The notes: generated by a model not told the origin, from the letters alone. DNA of 64,000 nucleotides from Thermodesulfobacteriota bacterium (GCA_049320885.1 JBMORA010000047.1:1-64000), one strand, 5' to 3'. Numbered from the stretch's first letter, positions 20,744-31,446 are shown. Numbers and translations: made by a program.

Positions 20744-21862
20744 CTATTTCCCCAGGAACTCCAGCAGGATGTTCAAAATCCTGCGGATCGGCTCGGCCGC
20801 GCCCCAGAGCAGCTGATCGCCCACCGTGTAGGCGGTCAGGTATTCCGGACCCAGATTGAGCTTTCGGAGGCGCCCCACCGGTACGGTCAGGGTGCCGGTG
20901 ACGGCCGCCGGGGTCAGCTGGGTGGCGGTATCCGGCTTGGTGTTGGGCACCACCTTGACCCACTGGTTCGCGGCGGAAATGATGTCCGTGATGTCCGCAA
21001 GGGGGATGTCCCGGGTCAGCTTGATGGTCAGGGCCTGGCTGTGGCAGCGCATGGCGCCGATGCGGACGCAGAGACCGTCGATGGGAATGGGGGTTCTGGT
21101 TTTCAGGATTTTGTTGGTTTCGGCGAATCCTTTCCATTCCTCTTTGGTCTGTCCGCTGTCCATGGGGCTGTCGATCCAGGGAATGACGCTGCCGGCCAGC
21201 GGGGCGCCGAAATTGTCCGTGGGGAAATCCTTGCCGCGCATGGCAGTGATCACCCGCCGGTCCAGTTCGGCAATGGCGGAAGCCGGTTTGTCCAGCAGGT
21301 CCCTGGCGGTTTCGCCGATAAACGCCATCTGCGCCACCAATTCCCGCATGTTTTTCGCCCCGGCTCCGGAAGCGGCCTGATAGGTCATGGAGGTCATCCA
21401 CTCGATATATCCTTTTTGAAACAAACCGCCAATGGCCATGAGCATCAGGCTGACCGTGCAATTGCCGCCGATGAAATCCCTGCCGCCTTCCCGGAGGGCC
21501 TGGTCGATCACATTCCGGTTGACCGGGTCGAGAACGATGACGCTGTCCTTTTCCATGCGCAGGGCCGAAGCGGCGTCGATCCAATATCCTTTCCAGCCGG
21601 AACGCCGGAGTTTGGGGTAGATTTCCTTGGTGTAATCACTTCCCTGGCAGGTAACGATGATGTCCATGCCGGAGAGCTTTCCGGTATCGAAGGCGTCTTG
21701 AAGGGGTGGCGTCGAAAGACCCACATCCGGTCCCGGCTGACCGATCTGGGACGTGGTGAAGAACAAAGGCTCGAACCCCTTGAAATCCTTTTCAGCCGTC
21801 ATTCGTTCCATCAATACGGAACCGACCATTCCCCGCCAACCGACGAAAGCTACCGTAAGCAT
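20744..21862 (-). CDS. asd: Aspartate-semialdehyde dehydrogenase (gammaproteobacterial type)
   Basis: [47 protein letters not shown]. Confidence 0.97.
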   Translation of the reverse strand: MLTVAFVGWRGMVGSVLMERMTAEKDFKGFEPLFFTTSQIGQPGPDVGLSTPPLQDAFDTGKLSGMDIIVTCQGSDYTKEIYPKLRRSGWKGYWIDAASALRMEKDSVIVLDPVNRNVIDQALREGGRDFIGGNCTVSLMLMAIGGLFQKGYIEWMTSMTYQAASGAGAKNMRELVAQMAFIGETARDLLDKPASAIAELDRRVITAMRGKDFPTDNFGAPLAGSVIPWIDSPMDSGQTKEEWKGFAETNKILKTRTPIPIDGLCVRIGAMRCHSQALTIKLTRDIPLADITDIISAANQWVKVVPNTKPDTATQLTPAAVTGTLTVPVGRLRKLNLGPEYLTAYTVGDQLLWGAAEPIRRILNILLEFLGK

Positions 21863-21977
21863 AAGCTGTATCTCCCTGAATATGGTGACCGATGTCTTGC
21901 TACATCATGACGTCGCTTCATGGAACCGCGGCAAAGCCGCTCGGTTGATGCAACGGATGCCATCATGAGAGGTGAAA

Positions 21978-22006
21978 ACGATAACTGAAATCCGGAAGGC
22001 TGTCAA
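21978..22006 (-). promoter_or_regulatory. sigma70 promoter for asd
   Basis: TTGACA-N17-TATCGT on the minus strand, about 110 nt upstream of the ATG. Confidence 0.6.
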
Positions 22007-22112
22007 TTCCAAAACCGTACAAAAACCGTCCCGGAAAACGAACCCCGCCGGTGCGGAATCGGCGCCGGCTTTATGATTTGATTCTTTTGCGTGAATTGGG
22101 TAGGGTCCGACC

Positions 22113-23684
22113 ATGAACATGGAATGGCGATTGGAAGATCTGGTGGATTTGGAATATTTCCTTGGCTTGGATCAGGACCGGTCCCCCGCGGAACTGGTCC
22201 GGCGGGACAGGGACCTCTTTCTGCGGGAGCTGTCACCGGACCTCGAGGGAGAGGGGGTGGAGGGGCGGCGGTATCGGCGGATTCTGTTGCGTCTCTGGCT
22301 GGAGCGACGCCGCCGGATGGAAGATGCGGCGATTGGAAAGCCGCCTCTTCCCGGAGCGCTTTTTTCCGGTTTCCAGTTTCTGATTCGGATTCTGGCCGGA
22401 TTGACCGGAATCGTAGCGGGGTTCGGCCTTTCAGGGGCGTTTTTGAACTATCGGGGAATGGAACCCCTGAACGTCTGGACCTATCTCGGCCTTTTCGTAT
22501 TTCTTCAGATCGGCCTGCTTTTGTTGATACCGCTCTACGCGCTCCCGTGGCGCTGTTTCGGCATGGCGCGAAAACCGGGTCCCCTGGCCCTGCTGCTCAG
22601 GCTGCTGTTCTCCCGGACCCTCAAACGGGTTTACGCAAGCATGCCGGCTTCGGCGCGGGTCCGCATGGAATCCACCGCCGGCAGGATCATCGGTAAGACC
22701 AGACAGTACGGGACCGCTTTTCATTGGTGGGTTTTTATTTGCGCCCAAATGTTCGGGGTGGGGTTCAATCTGGGAGTGGTTTCCGGCAGTTTGATACGGG
22801 TAATCGGCTCGGATCTGGCCTTTGGCTGGCAATCCACCCTGCAATGGAGCGCCGGGACAATCCATGCGGGCGTGAAAATCCTGGCGTTGCCCTGGTCCTG
22901 GCTTTTCCCTGCCGGTTCGGGGTATCCGACGCTGGCTCAGATCGAGGGCAGCCGGATGATTTACAAGGACGGCATGGCCCACCTCACCACCCCGGATCTG
23001 GTATCCTGGTGGCCTTTTCTGCTATTGGCGGTTCTGTTTTACGGGCTTTTGCCGCGGTTGCTGCTGCTGCTGACGGGATTCGCTATCCAGCGCCGCGCCC
23101 TTGCGCGCCTGGGATTTCGTCATACCGCCTGTGAAGAGCTGTTCCGGCGATTGACCTCCCCGATTCTCGAAACCGGCGGCCGGCCGTCCCCGGAGTCGAT
23201 TCCCGTCCGACTTCGGGAGGGAACGGCAACGGGAATTTCTTCCGGCATGCCCATTGACGGAATAGGGCGAACGCCGGACCCTGAAGGCGTCGCGGTCCTG
23301 GTGCCGGAAGCCATGGCCGACCGTTGTTCCGGGGAGGAACTGGACAGGGTTCTCGCCGCCAGACTCGGGTTGGGCGTCGGCCGCATTCTGGTGTTGCCCG
23401 ATGATCCGGTTGAAGGCCGATCCCTGTTGCGGAAGCTGTCGGAAACTCCGTTCGATCAGGTCGTGGTTCTTCAGGAGGCATGGCAGCCGCCGATATTCGA
23501 GTCCCTGCGGTTTGTCCGGGAAGGCCGAAAGATACTCGGCGACAAGACCCGGATGGATCTGTTGCTGATCGGCCGGCCTGCAGCGGAAACGATATTAACG
23601 AAGTCCCATCCGGTGGAGGCGGGCATCTGGCGGGAAAAAATCGCCGGCCTGGGGGATCCGTACCTTGGATGCTACGACTTGTGA
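22113..23684 (+). CDS. DUF2868-type membrane protein
   Basis: DLAFGWQSTL, LALPWSW and WWPFL...VLFYGLLPRL motifs; several TM helices; paired with the downstream GTPase. Confidence 0.75.
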   Translation: MNMEWRLEDLVDLEYFLGLDQDRSPAELVRRDRDLFLRELSPDLEGEGVEGRRYRRILLRLWLERRRRMEDAAIGKPPLPGALFSGFQFLIRILAGLTGIVAGFGLSGAFLNYRGMEPLNVWTYLGLFVFLQIGLLLLIPLYALPWRCFGMARKPGPLALLLRLLFSRTLKRVYASMPASARVRMESTAGRIIGKTRQYGTAFHWWVFICAQMFGVGFNLGVVSGSLIRVIGSDLAFGWQSTLQWSAGTIHAGVKILALPWSWLFPAGSGYPTLAQIEGSRMIYKDGMAHLTTPDLVSWWPFLLLAVLFYGLLPRLLLLLTGFAIQRRALARLGFRHTACEELFRRLTSPILETGGRPSPESIPVRLREGTATGISSGMPIDGIGRTPDPEGVAVLVPEAMADRCSGEELDRVLAARLGLGVGRILVLPDDPVEGRSLLRKLSETPFDQVVVLQEAWQPPIFESLRFVREGRKILGDKTRMDLLLIGRPAAETILTKSHPVEAGIWREKIAGLGDPYLGCYDL

Positions 23685-23691
23685 GGCGAGG

Positions 23692-25140
23692 ATGAAAGCC
23701 GACATCGTTCCGGAATTCGCCGTTCTCGGCCACCCCAATGAAGGAAAATCCTCCGTGGTGTCCACCTTGTCCGAGGACGACAGCGTCATCATCAGTCCCG
23801 TTCCGGGAGAGACCAGCCAATGCCGCGTTTTTCCGGTAACGGTGGACGGACGGGAACTGATCCGCTTTACGGATACGCCGGGTTTTCAGCGGCCCGGCGA
23901 CACCCTGGAATGGATCCGGGCCTACACCGGCCCGCCGGAGGCGATGGTCCGGACCTTTATTGAAAGCCACCGGCATGACCCCGAATTTCAAAGCGAATGT
24001 GAATTGCTGACCCCGCTTGCCGGAGGCGCCGGCGTGATTTTCGTGGTGGACGGCTCCCGGCCGGTCCGGAGAAATGACCTTGCGGAGATGGAAATACTGC
24101 GGCTCATCGGCAGTCCGCGTATGGGGATCATCAACTGCAAAACCGACGTCGAGGAATATCTCCCGGCGTGGAAAGCCGAATTCGGCAAGTGTTTCAATGC
24201 GATTCGGGTTTTCAACGCTCATCATGCCCTGTTCGGCGAACGAATTCGGCTGCTGGAAAGCCTGAAGGCCATCGATCAGGACAGCCAGGAAGTTCTGGAA
24301 AACGTGATCGCGGCCTTTCGGCGGGATTGGGGCCAGCGCATCCGGACCACGGCCGCGATTATCTGCGATCTCATCGAGCAAAGCCTGCGCCATGAAACGG
24401 TGGGAAAATTTCCCGTGACTCCTCCCGATGATTCGGCAAAGGAAGCCCTGGAGCGACGGTATCGGGAGGAAATCGGCGTCCTGGAAAAAACCGCCCATGA
24501 CAAAATTCGTCGTCTTTTCAAACACAATATTTTCAACAAGGACCTGCCGGCCTGCTCCATTATCAACGAACCCCTTTTCAGCCGGCGTACCTGGCAGGTG
24601 CTGGGGCTGAAGCCGGGACAACTGGCGGCCGCTGCCGCGGTGGGAGGCGGACTGCTGGGAGTCAAGCTGGATCTGGCGACCGCCGGTATTTCATTCGGCG
24701 TCTTCACCGCCATTGGCAGCGCTTTGGGAGCCGGCGCGGCCTTGTTGTTCGGTGAACAGGCTGCGCGTGCCAGACTGGTGGGCCTGCGACTCGGCGGTTA
24801 TCTCATCCGGGTGGGACCGAACCGCGGCATGCAGCTTCCGTTCATTCTGCTGGATCGCGCCCTGATTTACTACAGCCACATCAGTAACTGGGCCCATGGA
24901 CGACGGGAAGATCCGGGGGCCGTATCTCCGGACCGGCGGATCCAGGAGAACCCGGGGAAAGCAACGGCGGCCTGGTCGCCCGAACGCCGGAAAATCTGCG
25001 GTCATTTCATCCGGGCGGTCCATTCCGGCGGAAACGGCGGGGAGCGTTTGGCCATTGCCAGGGAAGAGATGATGAAAATGCTCCAGGACATTCTGGCGGA
25101 ATTGTCCGGGAGGGAGAAACGGGAGCCGCTTCAGCGATAA
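23692..25140 (+). CDS. GTPase / DUF3482 domain protein
   Basis: GHPNEGKSS (G1), PGET (G2), DTPG (G3), YY..I.NWAHGRR; glycine-rich hydrophobic hairpin. Confidence 0.82.
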   Translation: MKADIVPEFAVLGHPNEGKSSVVSTLSEDDSVIISPVPGETSQCRVFPVTVDGRELIRFTDTPGFQRPGDTLEWIRAYTGPPEAMVRTFIESHRHDPEFQSECELLTPLAGGAGVIFVVDGSRPVRRNDLAEMEILRLIGSPRMGIINCKTDVEEYLPAWKAEFGKCFNAIRVFNAHHALFGERIRLLESLKAIDQDSQEVLENVIAAFRRDWGQRIRTTAAIICDLIEQSLRHETVGKFPVTPPDDSAKEALERRYREEIGVLEKTAHDKIRRLFKHNIFNKDLPACSIINEPLFSRRTWQVLGLKPGQLAAAAAVGGGLLGVKLDLATAGISFGVFTAIGSALGAGAALLFGEQAARARLVGLRLGGYLIRVGPNRGMQLPFILLDRALIYYSHISNWAHGRREDPGAVSPDRRIQENPGKATAAWSPERRKICGHFIRAVHSGGNGGERLAIAREEMMKMLQDILAELSGREKREPLQR

Positions 25141-25150
25141 TATTGCTGGA

Positions 25151-25206
25151 GGTTCTGGAATGGTTCTGCTATGGTTCTGGCCGATTATCGGTTCCAGCCG
25201 GTTCCA
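25151..25206. repeat. Phased short direct repeats: GGTTCTG x3 (11-bp period) and GGTTCCA x2
   Basis: GGTTCTG at 25151, 25162 and 25173; GGTTCCA at 25190 and 25200. Confidence 0.75.
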
Positions 25207-25291
25207 GGCCGGTGAACCGCGAAAAGGGATGCGTATATAGTCTGTGAATGGTTACCATTCAGATGATAATTCAAGGAGACCGTCCGGAAGA

Positions 25292-26806
25292 ATGAAAATC
25301 GCACTCGTGACGCCCATTAATAACGCAACCGGCGAGAAAAGTTTCTATGATTATAAATTCATCACCGATTTCATCTGGTCGAAAAAATATTTTTCCTATC
25401 TTCTGGCCATCCCGGTCTTGATCTCTCTCACGCCCGAGGAACATGAAATCCGGGTTTTTGATGAAAATATCGAACAAATCGATTTTCATTGGAAAGCGGA
25501 CCTGGTCGGCATCAGCATCCGGACCATGTACGCCACCCGCGCCTATGAAATCGCCGATCAGTACCGGCGCCTGGGAATCAAGACCGTTTTGGGCGGGATT
25601 CACGTTTCCATGTGCCCGGAAGAGGCGCTGGAGCATGGCGATGCAGTGGTGATCGGCGAAGCCGAACATGTCTGGGAAAATTTGCTGGAAGACGCCCGGC
25701 AAGGCCGGTTGCAGAAAACATATATATCTCCCGCCAAGGTCGACCTGACGACATGCAAAAAACCCGGGCGCCACCTGCTTGCGCGGGAGCGCTATTTTTC
25801 GGATATTGTTCAGTCCACCAAGGGTTGTCCGTTCGATTGCGAGTTTTGTTCGGTGCATGCCTACGACGGGCAGCAGATTCGTCACAAAACCGTGGAGCAA
25901 GTGCTCGACGAGATCCGGGATATCCACGATTCCAGCGCCACCTATAAGAAAAAATCCATTTTTTTCGCCGACGACAATATCATCGCCAACAAAAAATTCG
26001 CCCGGGATCTGTTCACGGCCTTGAAGCCCTATCGCCTTAACTGGTCCTGCCAGGCTTCGATCAATGTCGCCCGGGAAAGGGAATTGCTGGAGCTGATGAA
26101 AGCCAGCGGTTGCGGAGCCATCCTGATCGGCTTCGAAACCATCTCGCGGGACAACCTGGCCATGATGGGCAAGAACGTGAATCTGAAAAACGACTATATC
26201 GAGGCCATCCAGATTATCCAGTCCTTCGGGATCATGGTGCACAGTTCCTTCATCATGGGATATGATTTCGATACACCGGCCGTATTCGACGAATTAATCG
26301 ATTTTATCAACCAGACGAATCTGCTGATGCCCCTGATCAACATCCTGACACCTTTCCCGGGAACCAGGCTGTTTCACCGGCTGGAGCAGGAGAAACGCAT
26401 CCTCCATAAGGACTGGGGCCGCTATGACGGCAAGCACGTGGTGTATAAACCGGTTCATATGGAACCGGATGAACTGGAAGAAGAATTCAAACGGGTGGTC
26501 CGCGGGGTTTATTCGTTCACCGCCATCAAGAAAAAATTACAATACTACTGGTCCATTGATTTCTGGCGGCATTCCAATGAGGTGGATCCCATTCGTTTCC
26601 GCTACCGGCTGCTGTTCGCCTTGCGTCTCAGCACCCTGCTTTTTTCCGGTGACGGAATCCGGCGGCGGTTCATCCTCTGGGTCCTGCCCCGGGTATTTCA
26701 TCCAAAAGTCCGCATTTCGACCATTTTGACGCTCATGGCCTATAATGATTTTGCTTTTGACGGCCTGACCACCACCGGTGTCCGGAAGCGCAGGGCCCGC
26801 GACTGA
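25292..26806 (+). CDS. B12-binding domain radical SAM protein
   Basis: VLGGIH, V.IGEAE, KGCPFDCEFC (CxxxCxxC), FFADDN, IGFET, LTPFPGT. Confidence 0.92.
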   Translation: MKIALVTPINNATGEKSFYDYKFITDFIWSKKYFSYLLAIPVLISLTPEEHEIRVFDENIEQIDFHWKADLVGISIRTMYATRAYEIADQYRRLGIKTVLGGIHVSMCPEEALEHGDAVVIGEAEHVWENLLEDARQGRLQKTYISPAKVDLTTCKKPGRHLLARERYFSDIVQSTKGCPFDCEFCSVHAYDGQQIRHKTVEQVLDEIRDIHDSSATYKKKSIFFADDNIIANKKFARDLFTALKPYRLNWSCQASINVARERELLELMKASGCGAILIGFETISRDNLAMMGKNVNLKNDYIEAIQIIQSFGIMVHSSFIMGYDFDTPAVFDELIDFINQTNLLMPLINILTPFPGTRLFHRLEQEKRILHKDWGRYDGKHVVYKPVHMEPDELEEEFKRVVRGVYSFTAIKKKLQYYWSIDFWRHSNEVDPIRFRYRLLFALRLSTLLFSGDGIRRRFILWVLPRVFHPKVRISTILTLMAYNDFAFDGLTTTGVRKRRARD

Positions 26807-27031
26807 CGATGACGGGAGCCGCATACTCGACAAGCTCCCGACTTCCGTTTCCGGAGTTTACCATGAAAGGCGCCGGGAAGCGGATGAATACGAAATTTTT
26901 TATTTGTTACGGATGGTTATATAATAATGATCTGAAAACGTATTTTACGAAGCGATGGAAGGTATGATATGATATCCCGACTTGGTATCAACCTGTCGGA
27001 ATCGGGTTCAAAATACAGATTACAGGAGCCG

Positions 27032-27616
27032 ATGATGATACGACAAGAAAAGCGGAAAAAATTCTACCAGAAGCAGGTCGCCCTGTATAAGTCCATTTTC
27101 AGCTTTTTCATTTTCGTCGGGCTGGGCATTTCCCTGCTGACCGTTTTTTACAGTTTTTTCGTCACCAATGTCGTGAAATACCTGATTGATCGATACCGGA
27201 TAGAAGCCGCATCGGGTCCGATGATGTTGCTGGGCTCCCTGCTCGGGAGCCAATGGTTTTACATTGTCCTCGGGGGCGTTTTGTTGATTATCCTGGCGAC
27301 GTTCTTTACCCACCGTTTCGCCGGCCCCCTTTTTCGGTTCGAGGTGTCCCTTGAGCGTATGATCAACAAGGATTTCACCGTCCAGATCAATCTGCGGAAA
27401 AACGATGAATGCAAATCGCTGGCCGACAAATTCAATCAGTTCAACAGTCGGATGTCCTCCAGTCTGAAAACCATGCGTTTTCTGGCCGAGGAAATCGCAA
27501 AGAACAACGCGAGGCTGCGCAATGATTTGGGCGGTCGGGCCCATGACCTGCTGTTGGAAACGAACGACCTGAACGAGCGCCTACGCAAAATGATCACTGC
27601 TTTCAAACTGGAATAA
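27032..27616 (+). CDS. Small two-TM HAMP/coiled-coil protein; start may be 26969
   Basis: Two TM segments, THRFAGPLFRFE, LRKNDE..LA..FN HAMP motif; no MCP signalling core. Confidence 0.7.
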   Translation: MMIRQEKRKKFYQKQVALYKSIFSFFIFVGLGISLLTVFYSFFVTNVVKYLIDRYRIEAASGPMMLLGSLLGSQWFYIVLGGVLLIILATFFTHRFAGPLFRFEVSLERMINKDFTVQINLRKNDECKSLADKFNQFNSRMSSSLKTMRFLAEEIAKNNARLRNDLGGRAHDLLLETNDLNERLRKMITAFKLE

Positions 27617-27683
27617 GTCGGATCCCGCAGGATCGATCCGGACGGAATGATTTCAGCCCTCAACATGGATTGAAGATAGTGAA

Positions 27684-29564
27684 ATGGGTATGCTGAAGAC
27701 ATACAAACCCGCCTTCTGTCGCGGCTTCCTTCTGTTGATGCTTCTCGTATGCTGCGCCTGCCCCGGGAAAACCATGGGGCCCGGTCCGTACCCGGAGGAA
27801 GAGTCAACAAATATGGTGCTGGTGAAAGCCGAAAAGCGCTTTCAGGAAGGCCTGTATAAACAGGCCCTGGAATTGTATCAGGATTATCTCGCCATGCACC
27901 CGGACAGCCAGATGGTGCCTTCGATCCTGCTGAAAATCGGGGCGATTCATTCGGCGGCCGGGGAATACGAAGCGGCCCGGGCCGCCTACCGCCGGATGAT
28001 GGAAACCTATCCGGAAAGCGGTTTGATCCCGGACGCCAAGGTGAATGTGCTCGCGGCGTACTACCAGGAGGGCCGGTATCCGGAGGTGATCGAAGAAAGT
28101 GAAGCCCTGGACGACGGTTCCATTCCTCCCATTATACTGATTCGGAAATACAGCCTGGTGGGTGATGCCTACCTCTCGATGGCGGAGTACGGTCTGGCGT
28201 TCGAAGCATTCGCCCGGTTTTATGAGCTGACGGACGCCGCGGGAAAACAGCAGGTAATGAAAAAGCTGAAAACGATTTCCCGGCGGATGTCATCCAGGGA
28301 AATGTCCCAACTGGCGGCGAAGGCCAAGGATTCGGAACTCTATCGCGCGCTATTGGACCAAATGGGAACCCGCGCCGACGGGTGGGCGTCTGCTGAAAAA
28401 GCCGTCCCGGTATTGACCCAGACCTTGCCGAAATCCCCCTGGATGGAGGAAAAACGGGCCGGTGAAACCGGGTATGACCAACCGGCCATCGGTTGCCTGC
28501 TGCCACTCAGCGGAAAATATGAGGTCTTCGGCGCCAAAGCCTTGAGGGGCATCGAACTGGCCCTGGAAAAATACAGCCGCAGGAAAAACGCCGTTTCCGT
28601 TCGGATTGTCGTCAAGGATACCGAGGGGGATGTGGCCCAAACCGTTATGGGCGTCCGCGAGCTGTCCGCCGATCCCCATGTCGCGGCCATTATCGGCCCG
28701 CTGACCACCGCCCAGGAAGCCGCGATCGAGGCCCAGAAAAATGAAATTCCCATCATCACCCTGACCCAGAAAAAGGATGTGACCCAGGCCGGGGAATATG
28801 TATTCCGGCATTTTTTAACACCTGAAATGCAGGTGCGGGCCCTGGTTTCCTATACCATGAGCGAACTCGGACTGAGGCGTTTCGCGGTGCTGTATCCGGA
28901 TGAAAAATACGGCGCGACCTTCATGAATCTCTTCTGGGATGAGGTGGCGGCCAATTCCGGTGAAATCGTCGGAATTGAATCGTACCAGGTGAACCAGACG
29001 GATTTTTCGGAACCCATCCGGAAATTGATCGACCCCAAAAAGCGGAAGACCGCCTCCGGGATCGATTTCGACGCCATTTTTATTCCCGAGGGCGCTGAAA
29101 AAGCCAGTATGATTCTGCCGCAGCTGACGTATTATGATATTGTCAATGTATACCGGCTCGGAACCAATCTCTGGCATAACGACAAGCTGATGGACAGCAC
29201 TCATCCGTATATGCAGGGCGCCATCATTCCGGAAATTTTTTTCGCGGACAGTCAGAACGAAAAAGTGAAGCAATTTGTCGAGCATTTTGAAACAACCTAT
29301 TCCGAGAAGCCGGGTTTCCTCGAAGCGCTGGCCTACGATACGGCCATGATGCTTTTCCGAACCGTAAGCCGGCCGGGAGTAAAATCCAGGGCGGCGGTCC
29401 GGGATCAATTGCTGAGACTCGCTGATTTTCAAGGGGTGACAGGCCTGACGGGATTCGACAAAGACGGTGATGCCCGAAAACAGCTGTATCTGCTGCAAGT
29501 CAAGGGGCAACAATTCATCGAACTGGGCCATGGCCGCTCAATGGCACCGGAAGACGACGAATGA
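27684..29564 (+). CDS. LpoA/LppC-like penicillin-binding protein activator with TPR repeats
   Basis: Signal or lipoprotein N-terminus, TPR-like helices, IGCLLPLSG, AIIGPL, DFDAIFIP, A.AYD. Confidence 0.8.
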   Translation: MGMLKTYKPAFCRGFLLLMLLVCCACPGKTMGPGPYPEEESTNMVLVKAEKRFQEGLYKQALELYQDYLAMHPDSQMVPSILLKIGAIHSAAGEYEAARAAYRRMMETYPESGLIPDAKVNVLAAYYQEGRYPEVIEESEALDDGSIPPIILIRKYSLVGDAYLSMAEYGLAFEAFARFYELTDAAGKQQVMKKLKTISRRMSSREMSQLAAKAKDSELYRALLDQMGTRADGWASAEKAVPVLTQTLPKSPWMEEKRAGETGYDQPAIGCLLPLSGKYEVFGAKALRGIELALEKYSRRKNAVSVRIVVKDTEGDVAQTVMGVRELSADPHVAAIIGPLTTAQEAAIEAQKNEIPIITLTQKKDVTQAGEYVFRHFLTPEMQVRALVSYTMSELGLRRFAVLYPDEKYGATFMNLFWDEVAANSGEIVGIESYQVNQTDFSEPIRKLIDPKKRKTASGIDFDAIFIPEGAEKASMILPQLTYYDIVNVYRLGTNLWHNDKLMDSTHPYMQGAIIPEIFFADSQNEKVKQFVEHFETTYSEKPGFLEALAYDTAMMLFRTVSRPGVKSRAAVRDQLLRLADFQGVTGLTGFDKDGDARKQLYLLQVKGQQFIELGHGRSMAPEDDE

Positions 29565-30880
29565 ACCTCTCGTATTATCCTTTCTACCGCCTGCTGACAT
29601 CCGGCGCTTTTCTGCTCTTGCATCCGTTTCTTGCAGGGTTGCTGCGCATGTCCGGCGGGCGCGAAGCCGCCGGGAACCAACGGCTGGGTGAATACATGCG
29701 ATCGCCGCTGGAAAAACCCCGGGGGCGGCCGCGACTATGGCTGCATGCCGCTTCCGTGGGAGAAGTGAGCGCGGCGGTGGGAATCGTCGAGGCGCTGCAA
29801 GCGGTCCTGCCGCAATGCGCCATCGTTCTTTCCACCATGAGCGTTCATGGTCAACGAGTCGCCAAGGAGAAACTCGGCGGGCGCGTGACGATTGTTTTCG
29901 CGCCCCTGGATTTCGTCCGGACAGTGCGCTCGGCCCTGGACTTTTTCCAGCCGGACATCCTGGTCTGCGTGGAAACGGAAATCTGGCCGAACTGGTTGAC
30001 CGAGGCCCAGCGGTCCGGCATCGGGACGGCAATGGTCAACGGCCGGATTTCCGTTCGTTCCATCCGGAATTATGTAAGAATCCGACCGCTGTTTCAACAA
30101 ATCCTTTCCCGCATGAACGCCTGCAGCATGATCCGGCAGGAAGACGCCGACCGCATTTTACAACTGGGAGCCCTGCCCGAACGTGTTTTCGTGAACGGAA
30201 ATGCGAAATACGATCCGTTGATCCGGAAAATCGCGCCGGAGGAGCGGGAGCGGTTCACCAGGCTGCTGAACCTGTCGGGAAAAGAGGCGGTATTTGTTGC
30301 CGGCAGTACGCGTCCATCCGAAGAGACGATCATTCTGGATGTGTATGAGAGAATCCGGCAGCGGTTTCCGAACACCATCCTGATCCTTACCCCGAGGCAT
30401 GTCGAGCGGGCCTATAAAATCGAAGCCCTGGTCAAGGGGAGAGGGCTGGCCTGTCAGTTGCGCACGGATCTGGATCAAAGCGGCCATCACCGGGAGGCGC
30501 CGGTGGTGATCATGGACACCATGGGGGAACTGCAATCCATGTACGGCATCGCCACTGTTGTGTTTTGCGGCGGCAGCCTCGTGCCCCTGGGAGGGCACAA
30601 TATCCTGGAAGCCGCTGCTTGGGGCAAGCCGGTCTTGTACGGCCCGCATATGGATGATTTTTTGGATGCCAAGGAATTGCTGGAATCGGCGGGGGGCGGT
30701 TTCGCGGTCCGGGACGGAGACGAGCTGGCGGAAACGGCCCTGGATTTGCTGGCCCATCCGGAAAAAGCCGATGAGGCGGGACGGAAGGCCAGGGCGGCGG
30801 TCATGGCCAACAAGGGCGCGGCCCAAAAACATGCCGATGTGATTCTGGGGCTGCTGCGGGAGAACGGTTACAGGAAATAA
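29561..30880 (+). CDS. waaA: Kdo transferase
   Basis: WLHAASVGE, ETEIWPN, NGRIS, AGST, PRH.ER, DTMGEL, GGSL...GGHNILE. Confidence 0.96.
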   Translation: MNLSYYPFYRLLTSGAFLLLHPFLAGLLRMSGGREAAGNQRLGEYMRSPLEKPRGRPRLWLHAASVGEVSAAVGIVEALQAVLPQCAIVLSTMSVHGQRVAKEKLGGRVTIVFAPLDFVRTVRSALDFFQPDILVCVETEIWPNWLTEAQRSGIGTAMVNGRISVRSIRNYVRIRPLFQQILSRMNACSMIRQEDADRILQLGALPERVFVNGNAKYDPLIRKIAPEERERFTRLLNLSGKEAVFVAGSTRPSEETIILDVYERIRQRFPNTILILTPRHVERAYKIEALVKGRGLACQLRTDLDQSGHHREAPVVIMDTMGELQSMYGIATVVFCGGSLVPLGGHNILEAAAWGKPVLYGPHMDDFLDAKELLESAGGGFAVRDGDELAETALDLLAHPEKADEAGRKARAAVMANKGAAQKHADVILGLLRENGYRK

Positions 30881-30959
30881 GGCGCTGTTTTTCCAAAACA
30901 GGGCGGGCCTTCGTTATCGTTGGAGCTGGTTGCAACCATCACAAAAAGGAGATCGGTAA

Positions 30960-31427
30960 ATGATTCGCAGCGGAAGAGACAATCACGGTTTCACCCTGAT
31001 CGAGCTCATGATCGTTATCGCCATCATCGGTATCCTGGCGGCCATCGCCATTCCCAATTTCATCGCTTACCGGAACAAAGCCTTTTGCAGTGCCGCCGAA
31101 TCGGACGTCCGCAGCATTTCAGCCGGGCTTGGGGATTATTTTTCCATTGCGGAGCATGCGACTCTGCCCACCCAGGCCGCGGTCAGTGAAATCATCCTGG
31201 CGTACGGCAATAACAATTTTTCAGTTCGGTTGAGCCGCTTCGGCCAGGCCACCGCCAATACGGGCACCGTCAGTGGCACCGTGGACAATATCTATATCAC
31301 CGTCACGGATGGAAGCGGCAGATGCCCCGCGGATTACCGACTGGTGAACCGGAACACCTGGACCGGTGAAGGCGGCGCCGCGGATGGATCGGATTGGGTG
31401 GCCTATAAACGCATGATTCTTGAATAA
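30960..31427 (+). CDS. Type IVa pilin, 145-aa mature protein
   Basis: G|FTLIELMIVIAIIGILAAIAIPNF class III signal with Glu5; AAGGAG RBS. Confidence 0.93.
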   Translation: MIRSGRDNHGFTLIELMIVIAIIGILAAIAIPNFIAYRNKAFCSAAESDVRSISAGLGDYFSIAEHATLPTQAAVSEIILAYGNNNFSVRLSRFGQATANTGTVSGTVDNIYITVTDGSGRCPADYRLVNRNTWTGEGGAADGSDWVAYKRMILE

Positions 31428-31446
31428 CCAACAAGAATGGAATTGT

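Noticed and set aside
21863..21975. asd leader as a lysine riboswitch or attenuator
   Set aside because: Too short for a lysine riboswitch, no Lys/Thr/Met-rich leader peptide and no terminator; only a small hairpin.
30920..30935. TGGAGCTGGTTGC upstream of the pilin as a sigma54 promoter
   Set aside because: The GG-GC spacing is two bases too short, and sigma54 spacing is strict.
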